From an archaeon (GTDB lineage: Archaea; Nanobdellota; Nanobdellia; Pacearchaeales; GW2011-AR1): a stretch of DNA of 43,875 nucleotides. This document shows positions 33,534-41,106 of the stretch, in pieces. The position numbers and the translations under genes were made by a program. A model generated the notes under the pieces. The model saw only the letters and a program-made list of their open reading frames with translations, searched no databases and was not told the origin of the DNA. The stretch is taken from contig JBAXEZ010000002.1 in the NCBI GenBank assembly GCA_037140195.1, positions 1-43,875 of the forward strand. The letters are read 5' to 3'. Position 1 is the first letter of the stretch, and each line of letters begins with the position of its first letter.

Positions 33534-34382
33534 TTAATCTATTTTAATTTTTCCTTCTTGCCAGTCTGTTAAAATTGCCCTCGCTGTTCGGTCTTCATCT
33601 ACGACTCCGCCTTTTTTTAAAAGATTTCTTTTCTTTCCAACTTCTTCTATTAGTAAATCTCCGTCGCCATTTGCTACAACTCCATAATGTTCTTCTAGTA
33701 TTGGGCCGTATTCTTCTACTAATTTTTGAATTACCATATCTGGTCTTTTGACTTTGTTTGCATCTCTGGCACTTATTTTTGCGTGTTGGCTAATCATTTC
33801 TTGCTTTTGGTGAGAGTAATCTTTTGCTGGAATAACTCCCGGAGTGTCTAAAATTAATATATCGGAAGTTAGTCTAATTTTTTGCATTCCCTTTGTGAAA
33901 CCAGCTTCGGCTCCAACCTTTGCTGAACCTGTTCCAGTTAAGAAATTAATCAAAGAAGATTTTCCGGTGTTGGGATAACCAATAATTCCTACTTGGAATC
34001 TTTTCATTTCTTCGTGTGGCATAATAACTCTTTTAGCTTCGATTTTCAATTTGTCTCTTAGTTCTTTTGAGCCTTTTCTTGTTGTGCAGGAAACAAAAAC
34101 AAAAGGATACAAACCTAGTGCTTTCATTTCAAGTTTTTTCTTTGGAACGTCAACTAAATCACATTTGTTTAAAACATAGATTAATTTCTTGCCTTTTTTC
34201 TTTACTTGCTCTTCAATATCTGGATTTCGTGTGTCTTCTATAAATCTCGCATCAAGAACTTCCAGGATAATGTCTGAGATTTTTAAGATTTCGGTGACTA
34301 CGTCTGGGTATTTCTTTCTCTGTTTGTCTATATTCTCCAAATGTCCTGTTCTTTTTGAAGAAAATGAGTATCGTACTCTCAT
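33534..34382 (-). CDS. Circularly permuted ribosome-biogenesis GTPase (YlqF/RbgA-like)
   Basis: G4 (LNKCDL) precedes G1 (GYPNTGKSSLIN) and G3 (DTPGV). This is the permuted order typical of the YlqF/YawG family. Confidence 0.85.
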   Translation of the reverse strand: MRVRYSFSSKRTGHLENIDKQRKKYPDVVTEILKISDIILEVLDARFIEDTRNPDIEEQVKKKGKKLIYVLNKCDLVDVPKKKLEMKALGLYPFVFVSCTTRKGSKELRDKLKIEAKRVIMPHEEMKRFQVGIIGYPNTGKSSLINFLTGTGSAKVGAEAGFTKGMQKIRLTSDILILDTPGVIPAKDYSHQKQEMISQHAKISARDANKVKRPDMVIQKLVEEYGPILEEHYGVVANGDGDLLIEEVGKKRNLLKKGGVVDEDRTARAILTDWQEGKIKID

Positions 34383-34402
34383 AAAATAACTAGGAAAGAT
34401 GG

Positions 34403-34410
34403 CTATTTAA
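34403..34410 (-). promoter_or_regulatory. TATA box (minus strand AAACCCTTAAATAGCC) ~24 nt upstream of the ATG at 34382
   Basis: The same AAACCCTTAAATAGC string recurs upstream of the minus-strand gene starting at 42896. Confidence 0.4.
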
Positions 34411-34451
34411 GGGTTTTCGCAACCTTTAAAAATGGGATAACTCTATTAATT

Positions 34452-34766
34452 TTGAAAGAGTTCTGTGATAAGTTGAAAATGATAGATGAACAAAAACAAA
34501 ATGTTGAGAAGTTAGAAAATGTTCAGTGGAATGCAGTGATTGAGGTTCCTAGCGCTAGAATTTCTCTTGAAGTTCAGTTGCCTTATGAAATGCAGGGGAA
34601 TTTTAGGGTATATTCTCTTTCAAGTAATCCTAATAAGAAAGTTTATATTGATCCTACAAAGTTAGAACGTCAAGTAGACACGATGAGACGTTACAATTAT
34701 CATGATTCTGTTGTATGTACTAATGGTTGGGTGATGTCAACTGCAAGAGGGAGTAGAATATCATGA
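34452..34766 (+). CDS. Hypothetical protein (start uncertain: TTG 34452 or ATG 34479)
   Basis: Clean ORF overlapping the next gene by 4 nt. Confidence 0.45.
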   Translation: MKEFCDKLKMIDEQKQNVEKLENVQWNAVIEVPSARISLEVQLPYEMQGNFRVYSLSSNPNKKVYIDPTKLERQVDTMRRYNYHDSVVCTNGWVMSTARGSRIS

Positions 34767-35032
34767 GCGAAGTACCTTTAGTGCAGATGTACTCTAACGC
34801 TTTGTTTTGGGCTAATTTGAGAGTTGGATGGTATGCGGCTACTCGTGGTTTAGGTTCTGAGAAGGTTAGAAAGGTAATTAGAGAGGAGAGTATTGATTTA
34901 CGAAGTATGAAACGAGATGAGGTTGCTTTTAGAACTGGGAAACCAGGGTTGAGGGCTGCAAGGTTCAGTCTTTATGAGAAAAGAGCAGAAGAGGAACGTG
35001 GCACTAGAGATCATTCGCTCTATAGGCTATAA
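34763..35032 (+). CDS. Hypothetical protein (89 aa)
   Basis: ATGA-type overlap with the upstream ORF. No recognisable motif. Confidence 0.45.
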   Translation: MSEVPLVQMYSNALFWANLRVGWYAATRGLGSEKVRKVIREESIDLRSMKRDEVAFRTGKPGLRAARFSLYEKRAEEERGTRDHSLYRL

Positions 35033-35080
35033 TACATAAATCATTTTAAACCCTAAATTTTTCTAGAATACTGATTGAGG

Positions 35081-36802
35081 ATGATAAGTGAATATTGTAA
35101 ATTTATTGAAGAGAATGGTTTGTCTCCGTTTAATAAACTCAAGACTGCTGTGAATGGTGGTTCGGATTCTATTTACAAGACTAAAGATGGGAAGCTGATT
35201 CATAATAAGTTTTTGACTAAGATTTCTTCAAATTTTGTTTTTTCGGATAGTTCGAATCTTTGGCAGTGTCATTTTTTCACTGAAAATGCTAGTGAGATAA
35301 AAAGAAGACAGGAATTTTTTAGAAATTTGGTTTCCGTTGAAAATGATTTTCTTAAGAATTTAAAAAAGCCACGACAAGTTTGGTCTCCAAAGTATGAAGT
35401 TATTGCAGTTACTGAAAATGAAGATACTTTTGTTAAGCTAAACGAACTTGGATGTACAACAAAGTTTTTGTCTTCGGAATATGATTTGAATGATTTAGAA
35501 AGGTATGATATTGTTCAAGTAATTGATTGCGATGCGTTCCAAAGAGCACTCGAAAGTTTGCCTCAGTCTGTTTTTATTGATAACTTGGATGACGTTTATC
35601 TTGAGAGATACTTAGAGATTTTGTCTTCGTGGAGAGAAAATTTAGAAATTTTGAAACTAAATTCTTCTGATGGAGAAATATTAACTATTGTTCAAGAGTT
35701 GGCTCCGTTATTTCCTTTTTTGGGAGAAGTAAATTCTAAGATAATTAAGCGAGAGGAAGTTGCGGTTATTGTTGAAGAAATAAATAATAAGATTGAAGAG
35801 AAAATAAAAGATGTGACTATTTCTGGCGGTTCTTTGATGAAGATTCTTGGTGAGAAAAAACTCCCCCTAGAATTCCAAAAAGTTATCACTGATGCAATTA
35901 ATGAAAGCGGAGTTCCTGAGTATATTTTTAATTTTACTATCCCCGTTTCTGTAGATGAAAAAGAGCTTGATGATTTGATTAAAAGGCAAAGTGCGAATGA
36001 ATTTACTGATTTAGCAGAAGAAATAAAATCTAAGGCTAAGATTTTGAAGTCTATTCCTGAAAAGTTAAATAGGGTTTCTAGTTTGCTGTTGATTATGGAT
36101 TTTCTTGGAGGGATTTCTAAATATCTTGAGACGGTCAATTCAATTCCTATTGAAAGTAAGGAGTTGTTTATTTCGAATTCTAAAAATTATTTTTTAGATA
36201 ATCCTCAGCCTATTAGTTTTAATCTTTCAGGAGAGTATAGATGTTCCATTTTGACTGGGGCGAATAGCGGTGGAAAGACAACTTTACTTGAACATATTAT
36301 CCAGTTGATTTCTGCTTTCCAGATTGGTTTGCCGGTAAATGGCGAGGTGAATATGCCTATTTTTGAGGAAGTTTATTATTTTGCTAAGAATAAGGGTGCG
36401 GCAAATAAGGGTGCGTTCGAGAATCTTTTAACTCAGATGTCTGAGATTAAACCTGGAAATAGAACTTTAATTTTGGCTGATGAAATTGAAGCAGTAACTG
36501 AACCGGGAGTTGCTGGAAAAATAATTGCTTCTACTGCAGAATATTTCCTGAATAAAAATTGTTTCTTAATTATTGCAACTCACTTAGGTCACGAAATAAA
36601 AGATGTTCTTCCGTTGCATGCTAGAATAGACGGAATTGAAGCTAAGGGGCTTGACGCAGAGTTTAATTTAATCGTTGACCATAATCCGGTAATTGGAAGA
36701 CTAGCAAATTCTACGCCAGAATTAATCGTTGAGAAGATGGCTAATATTCATCATACAGAATATTTTATACATTTGAATGAGAAACTGAAACGGGGAAAGT
36801 AA
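35081..36802 (+). CDS. MutS-family ATPase (MutS2-like, domain V only; no Smr domain)
   Basis: Walker A ILTGANSGGKTTLLEHI, Walker B LILADEIEAVTEP, IIATHLGHE. ATG 35081 is preferred over TTG 35075. Confidence 0.85.
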   Translation: MISEYCKFIEENGLSPFNKLKTAVNGGSDSIYKTKDGKLIHNKFLTKISSNFVFSDSSNLWQCHFFTENASEIKRRQEFFRNLVSVENDFLKNLKKPRQVWSPKYEVIAVTENEDTFVKLNELGCTTKFLSSEYDLNDLERYDIVQVIDCDAFQRALESLPQSVFIDNLDDVYLERYLEILSSWRENLEILKLNSSDGEILTIVQELAPLFPFLGEVNSKIIKREEVAVIVEEINNKIEEKIKDVTISGGSLMKILGEKKLPLEFQKVITDAINESGVPEYIFNFTIPVSVDEKELDDLIKRQSANEFTDLAEEIKSKAKILKSIPEKLNRVSSLLLIMDFLGGISKYLETVNSIPIESKELFISNSKNYFLDNPQPISFNLSGEYRCSILTGANSGGKTTLLEHIIQLISAFQIGLPVNGEVNMPIFEEVYYFAKNKGAANKGAFENLLTQMSEIKPGNRTLILADEIEAVTEPGVAGKIIASTAEYFLNKNCFLIIATHLGHEIKDVLPLHARIDGIEAKGLDAEFNLIVDHNPVIGRLANSTPELIVEKMANIHHTEYFIHLNEKLKRGK

Positions 36803-36803
36803 A

Positions 36804-36841
36804 GTCTACATTTTAATTTATGTCTACAAAAATGTCTACAA
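36804..36841 (+). repeat. GTCTACA-box 1 (three GTCTACA motifs in 38 nt)
   Basis: gtctacattttaatttatgtctacaaaaatgtctacaa. 32 of 38 nt identical to 37795-37832. It overlaps the Fic stop codon. Confidence 0.7.
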
Positions 36842-37780
36842 TTTAGATTTAATCTCTTTTTTGGTGGATTTGTACTCTTTTAATAAAAATTCGATTGTAG
36901 GGCGTAAATTTTTGTTCTTTTCATATTCTTGTAGACAGGCATAATATTCGTGTCTATTTGCTAACTTTATGTCTATTGGTGGAAGGTTGTGCTTTATTAA
37001 TATATTATTTAAAATTATTCTTCCCACTCTTCCGTTTCCGTCTGCAAATGGGTGTATATTTTCAAATTGATTGTGGACAACGGAAGCTAAAATTATTCCC
37101 GGATATTTTGCTTTATTGTTATTGTACCAGTCTACTAAATTTTGTAATAGTCCTAAAACTCTTGATTGTGGTGCTCCTTCATGCACTACTTTTCCAGAAG
37201 AAGACATCACAACTACTTCTTGTCCTGGTTTTCTAAATTCACCTGCAAAATTTTTAGAATTTTTAAAAACTTCTTTATGTATTTCTTTTAATAGCTGGAC
37301 TGATAAATGCTCTTTTGTTTCTCTAATAAACTTTATTGCTTCTTTGACTCCATAAGCTTCGGCTATGTCTTCTTTTGATTTTTCTGGCCATTTATTTTCC
37401 GTTAATATTCCAGAAACTTCTTTCGAGGTAAGTTCGCTTCCTTCTATTGCATTTGTATTATATGTGAAATTTGTGGAGAAGATATCCCATTCTTTTTCAG
37501 ATAAATGTGTAACCTTAAAGTCTGCTTGCAATTCTAATTTTTTAATAAAAGAAAGTTCTTCTTTAGAGAGTTCTTTATCTAATGGGTCCTGAATAATTTT
37601 ATATTTTCCAATTTCTTCTAAAATTAGGGTTTCTAGTTTTTTCTTTCGTTCTTCTAGCATTTCTTTAGATAGGTCAGTTCCAATTAATTTTCTTATTTTG
37701 TGAACTTTCTCTCCTTCTCTAAAAGAATGAGCTAAAAAGTATTTTTTCTTTCCTTTGATGATTTTTTCTTCGATGTACAT
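36836..37780 (-). CDS. fic: Fic/Fido-domain protein (AMPylase family) with an N-terminal inhibitory-helix motif
   Basis: Active-site motif HPFADGNGRVGR (HxFx[D/E]GNGRxxR). TNAIEG matches the [S/T]xxxE[G/N] auto-inhibition motif N-terminal to the core (class II layout). Confidence 0.9.
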   Translation of the reverse strand: MYIEEKIIKGKKKYFLAHSFREGEKVHKIRKLIGTDLSKEMLEERKKKLETLILEEIGKYKIIQDPLDKELSKEELSFIKKLELQADFKVTHLSEKEWDIFSTNFTYNTNAIEGSELTSKEVSGILTENKWPEKSKEDIAEAYGVKEAIKFIRETKEHLSVQLLKEIHKEVFKNSKNFAGEFRKPGQEVVVMSSSGKVVHEGAPQSRVLGLLQNLVDWYNNNKAKYPGIILASVVHNQFENIHPFADGNGRVGRIILNNILIKHNLPPIDIKLANRHEYYACLQEYEKNKNLRPTIEFLLKEYKSTKKEIKSKL

Positions 37781-37794
37781 AATATACTAATAGT

Positions 37795-37832
37795 GTCTAC
37801 ATTTATAAACATTTCTACAAAAATGTCTACAA
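37795..37832 (+). repeat. GTCTACA-box 2, containing the Fic TATA box
   Basis: gtctacatttataaacatttctacaaaaatgtctacaa. TTTATAAA at 37802-37809 is ~25 nt upstream of the Fic ATG (minus strand) and is flanked by the repeat motifs. Confidence 0.7.
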
Positions 37833-37838
37833 GCTAGT

Positions 37839-37913
37839 GAGAAGATGGCGAACATTCATCAGACAGAATATTTTAAATATTTGAATGAGAAGCTGAAACG
37901 GGGAAAGAATTAA
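37839..37913 (+). pseudogene. Displaced, diverged copy of the last 23 codons of the MutS-like gene
   Basis: It translates in frame as EKMANIHQTEYFKYLNEKLKRGKN*, versus EKMANIHHTEYFIHLNEKLKRGK* at the real gene end. Confidence 0.7.
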
Positions 37914-37937
37914 AAAGGTTTAATCATTCGGTCGGAT

Positions 37938-38237
37938 ATGAAAAAAGATACATTTCTTAAAAAGTTTCCGAGAAAATATACAACCGAAAATTTTCCAGTA
38001 AAAAATGGAGTCTCTTTTTCATCTCTTCCTTCTAAAGTTAGGTTGGAAATAATTATTCATGTTACTGCAAGTATATTTTTTAATTTATTTCTGATATTTT
38101 TTGGTATATACTTTATTTTTATAGACTTATTGCAGGGATGGGTGGGTATTGTTGCAGGTCTTATTCTATTATCGCTTATATTGTTAGCTATTAAACTAAA
38201 AAAGTGGAATAGCATTTTAAATACTATAAACTGGTAA
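37938..38237 (+). CDS. Small membrane protein (two TM segments)
   Basis: 99 aa. Hydrophobic stretches IIIHVTASIFFNLFLIFFGIYFIFI and WVGIVAGLILLSLILLAI. Confidence 0.5.
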   Translation: MKKDTFLKKFPRKYTTENFPVKNGVSFSSLPSKVRLEIIIHVTASIFFNLFLIFFGIYFIFIDLLQGWVGIVAGLILLSLILLAIKLKKWNSILNTINW

Positions 38238-38284
38238 TTTCTCAAATAGCATAGCTTTATAATGCCATATTTCTGTAAATAAAC

Positions 38285-38719
38285 ATGGGAGACTTTAGAT
38301 CATTCGAACGTGGAGACGACAGAGGAGGTCGTTCTAGCGGAGGCTTTGGCGGACGAAGTGGGGGAAGAAGTTTCGGAGGAAGTAGAGGCGGATACGGAAG
38401 AGATTCTGGAAGTCGAGATAGAAGAGAAATGCCAATGTGTGATGCAGTTTGTGCAAAATGTGGTAAAAATTGTAAAGTTCCATTTAAACCAACAGGTGAT
38501 AAACCAGTTTATTGCAGTGATTGTTTTGGAGCTCAAAGAGGAGAATCAAGAGGCTCAAGTGCTGGTGGAAGTTCTTCAGGTTCAGGTATTACGTCCGAGC
38601 AATTTCAACAACTTAATTCAAAGTTAGATCAAATTTTAGTTATCTTAAATTCCTTAGAAATGATTGATGACGAAGAAGATGAAGATGCTGACGAAGTCGA
38701 AGAAGAAAAAGCAGCTTAA
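38285..38719 (+). CDS. RGG-rich / CxxC-x17-CxxC zinc-ribbon / acidic-tail protein
   Basis: N-terminus GDDRGGRSSGGFGGRSGGRSFGGSRGGYGRDSGSRDRR. CAKC-(17 aa incl. FKPTGDKPVY)-CSDC counted exactly. C-terminus DDEEDEDADEVEEEKAA. Confidence 0.8.
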   Translation: MGDFRSFERGDDRGGRSSGGFGGRSGGRSFGGSRGGYGRDSGSRDRREMPMCDAVCAKCGKNCKVPFKPTGDKPVYCSDCFGAQRGESRGSSAGGSSSGSGITSEQFQQLNSKLDQILVILNSLEMIDDEEDEDADEVEEEKAA

Positions 38720-38786
38720 TTCTAGTTTAAATGTTTAGTTTAATAATTTTCTAGAGATATTCTCTTAAATTTTGTATATTCTTATG

Positions 38787-38800
38787 TAACTTTAAAGTTA
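38787..38800. promoter_or_regulatory. Perfect 14-nt palindrome TAACTTTAAAGTTA ~45 nt upstream of the paralogue operon
   Basis: Read directly. A TATA-like ttttttaaatcc and gcttttatagc follow before the ATG at 38846. Confidence 0.3.
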
Positions 38801-38845
38801 TGACAGTTTCAAAAGTTTTTTAAATCCTGCTTTTATAGCTAGTTT

Positions 38846-39595
38846 ATGGGAAGCAAACTAATTCAGTATAAGGGCGATTTTGTAACTTGTTCCAAAAAGA
38901 TTGCATATGCTGGGCAAAGAATTGCAACGACAAGAGACGGAATGCTGGATGCATTTAGGCGAAAAGCAACCTTTCAAGATAAGATGACTCATGCTTCTAG
39001 TTGTTGGTATTCAGAAGGAACTGCTAGAATTGATGGCGTAAATTATTGGTGTTCGGCAGAATATGCTCCGACAACTCGTTACACTTACAAAGCTCGAGAA
39101 GAAAATGAAATGGGCAATTTCTTAGCATTAACTCCTGATTTAAATGTCGGAAATAAACCGGCATTAGAAGTTATTCCTCGAATTGCAGAGGAAGATAAAA
39201 ACAAACTTCCAGAAAGAAGGAGGGTTCTGATTCCAGAAATACAGAGAAATTTTTCAGTAACTTCTACTGCTTTCGTGTATATTGACATTGCTAGATTTCT
39301 GGCAAGAGATTTAACTCTCGCACAAGACTATGGTCGTCTTTTATCGGAGTATTGCGGAATGAAATCTATTATGTTTTATCAACTTTCTGGACGGAAGGAT
39401 GTTGCAGCAGGAATTTCACTTGCTAGGTTGGCAGCTGCAGATTCTTTTCTTTTTGATGGTCATAATAGTGATTTTTTTGATAATGAAAATTTTATGTTCG
39501 GAAAGCAAAAAGATATTGTGCCAGAAGTTATAACGCCGACAGCAGAACAATCTGCAATTATTGAAATGGTGTTAAAAAATAGGCCTAAAAAATAA
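38846..39595 (+). CDS. Unknown-family protein, paralogue 1 of 3 (249 aa)
   Basis: Shares blocks with the next two genes: FV.C, IAT.R.GM, EGTA.I.GV.YWC..EYAPTT, ALE.IP.IAEEDK.K.PE.RR.LIP, DIARFLARD..LA.DY, FYQ, AAG, IIE..L.NRPKK. Confidence 0.75.
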   Translation: MGSKLIQYKGDFVTCSKKIAYAGQRIATTRDGMLDAFRRKATFQDKMTHASSCWYSEGTARIDGVNYWCSAEYAPTTRYTYKAREENEMGNFLALTPDLNVGNKPALEVIPRIAEEDKNKLPERRRVLIPEIQRNFSVTSTAFVYIDIARFLARDLTLAQDYGRLLSEYCGMKSIMFYQLSGRKDVAAGISLARLAAADSFLFDGHNSDFFDNENFMFGKQKDIVPEVITPTAEQSAIIEMVLKNRPKK

Positions 39596-39596
39596 A

Positions 39597-40352
39597 ATGG
39601 AAAATAAATTAACTAAGTATAATGGAAATTTTGTAAAGTGTTCAAAAAAGATTGCAAAGGCGGGTGAGATAATAGCTACTGCTCGTGAGGGGATGATTGA
39701 GAGGATTGCGAGACGAAAAACTTCTCGGTATGAATCTAAGGGTTGTTGGCATTCGGAGGGCACTGCAAATATTGATGGAGTGACTTATTGGTGTTTAGCA
39801 GAATATGCTCCTACAACTCAAAATATTAAAAGAACATACGCTGCCAACTTTGAAGGGTTATATCTTCCTTTAATAAGTAATGTAAAAATAAGGGTAGAAT
39901 CTGCATTGGAACTTATTCCGAGAATAGCTGCGGAAGATAAAAATAAACTTCCTGAGCAAAGAAGAGTTTTAATTCCCGAGATGCAAGACACTTTTATAAT
40001 AGATTCAGCAGAGTTTGGTAATATAGACATTGCTAGATTTTTAGCTAGAGATGCAACACTTGCGAAAGATTATAGTCATCTTTTAGATATTTTTTATGGT
40101 ACAAAGTTTACTTCTTTTTATCAACTTGCAGTAGATGAAAATTCTGCAGCAGGAGTATTTTTGGGAGTAGTTGGAGATGTATCTCATTTTACAGTTTATG
40201 GTACTGATGGAGATTTTTCAGATAGTAATGGGCGTATGTTTGGAACGACTGCCAAATCGCAGGTTATTGGTTTAGAAAAAAAAGCTATAAAACCTACACC
40301 TAAACAATTAGCAATTATAGAGCAATTGCTTATGAATCGTCCTAAAAAATAA
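39597..40352 (+). CDS. Unknown-family protein, paralogue 2 of 3 (251 aa)
   Basis: Same conserved blocks. Starts 1 nt after the upstream stop. Confidence 0.75.
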   Translation: MENKLTKYNGNFVKCSKKIAKAGEIIATAREGMIERIARRKTSRYESKGCWHSEGTANIDGVTYWCLAEYAPTTQNIKRTYAANFEGLYLPLISNVKIRVESALELIPRIAAEDKNKLPEQRRVLIPEMQDTFIIDSAEFGNIDIARFLARDATLAKDYSHLLDIFYGTKFTSFYQLAVDENSAAGVFLGVVGDVSHFTVYGTDGDFSDSNGRMFGTTAKSQVIGLEKKAIKPTPKQLAIIEQLLMNRPKK

Positions 40353-40353
40353 A

Positions 40354-41106
40354 ATGGAAAATAAATTAAATAGATACGTTGGAAATTTTGTAAGTTGTCT
40401 TAATCAAATTACTGAAGCTGGAGAAAGAATGGCGACAGCTAGGGAGGCTATGATTCGTAGATTTTCAACTGGAAGGATCAACTTATGGCAGGATGGTTTC
40501 TGCCCTGAAGGAACTGCTAGAATCAATGGGGTTACTTATTGGTGTTTGGGAGAATATGCTCCGACAACACAAAATGTTATGCAAACGTTATGCGCAAATG
40601 GTTCTGGTAAGCTTTTAGAGTTAGTAGATACTGTGAGAATTGGAAATGACTTGGCTTTGGAAGTTATCCCGAAAATTGCGGAAGAGGATAAATTCAAACG
40701 TCCAGAAGACAGAAGAATTTTAATTCCTTCTAGGCAGCAAGAATTTTTTGCAATAGATCCCTCTAATCTAGGTGAGGTGGATATTGCTAGATTCTTAGCA
40801 AGAGATTCAGATCTCGCGCAAGATTATGGTAAACTATTGCGTGATAATTGCGGCGTAAAACACTTTAATTTTTATCAACCTTCTGGAAACGTAAATGTTG
40901 CCGCAGGATTCTGGTTTCCGGGAGTACAGCACAATAGTAGTTCTTGTTTTCATGGTAGCTGTTCAGAGCTTTCTTCAGCTATTGGTGCTGCATATGGTAT
41001 CTCTACAACCTCTAAAGAGGCGAGTGCTGATATTGAAGAGATAATCTCTCCGGAGGAGACATCGAATATTATTGAAATGTTATTGAAAAATAGGCCGAAA
41101 AAATAA
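40354..41106 (+). CDS. Unknown-family protein, paralogue 3 of 3 (250 aa)
   Basis: Same conserved blocks. Starts 1 nt after the upstream stop. Confidence 0.75.
   Translation: MENKLNRYVGNFVSCLNQITEAGERMATAREAMIRRFSTGRINLWQDGFCPEGTARINGVTYWCLGEYAPTTQNVMQTLCANGSGKLLELVDTVRIGNDLALEVIPKIAEEDKFKRPEDRRILIPSRQQEFFAIDPSNLGEVDIARFLARDSDLAQDYGKLLRDNCGVKHFNFYQPSGNVNVAAGFWFPGVQHNSSSCFHGSCSELSSAIGAAYGISTTSKEASADIEEIISPEETSNIIEMLLKNRPKK

Larger units (their letters stand above)
36803..37838. mobile_element. Putative integrase-less insertion cassette carrying only a Fic gene, bounded by duplicated MutS-like 3' ends
   Basis: Direct repeats 36731-36802 and 37839-37913 (63 of 69 aligned nt identical). Internal direct repeats 36804-36841 and 37795-37832. 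Confidence 0.45.

Noticed and set aside
36958-37592. Three plus-strand ORFs antisense to the Fic gene.
   Set aside because: The minus-strand frame carries the complete Fic motif and runs uninterrupted for 314 aa.
38300-38627. Alternative-frame ORFs (38310-38627 plus, 38300-38536 minus) over the RGG/zinc-ribbon gene.
   Set aside because: They are artefacts of the GA-rich repetitive coding sequence. The chosen frame has the exact CxxC-x17-CxxC spacing.
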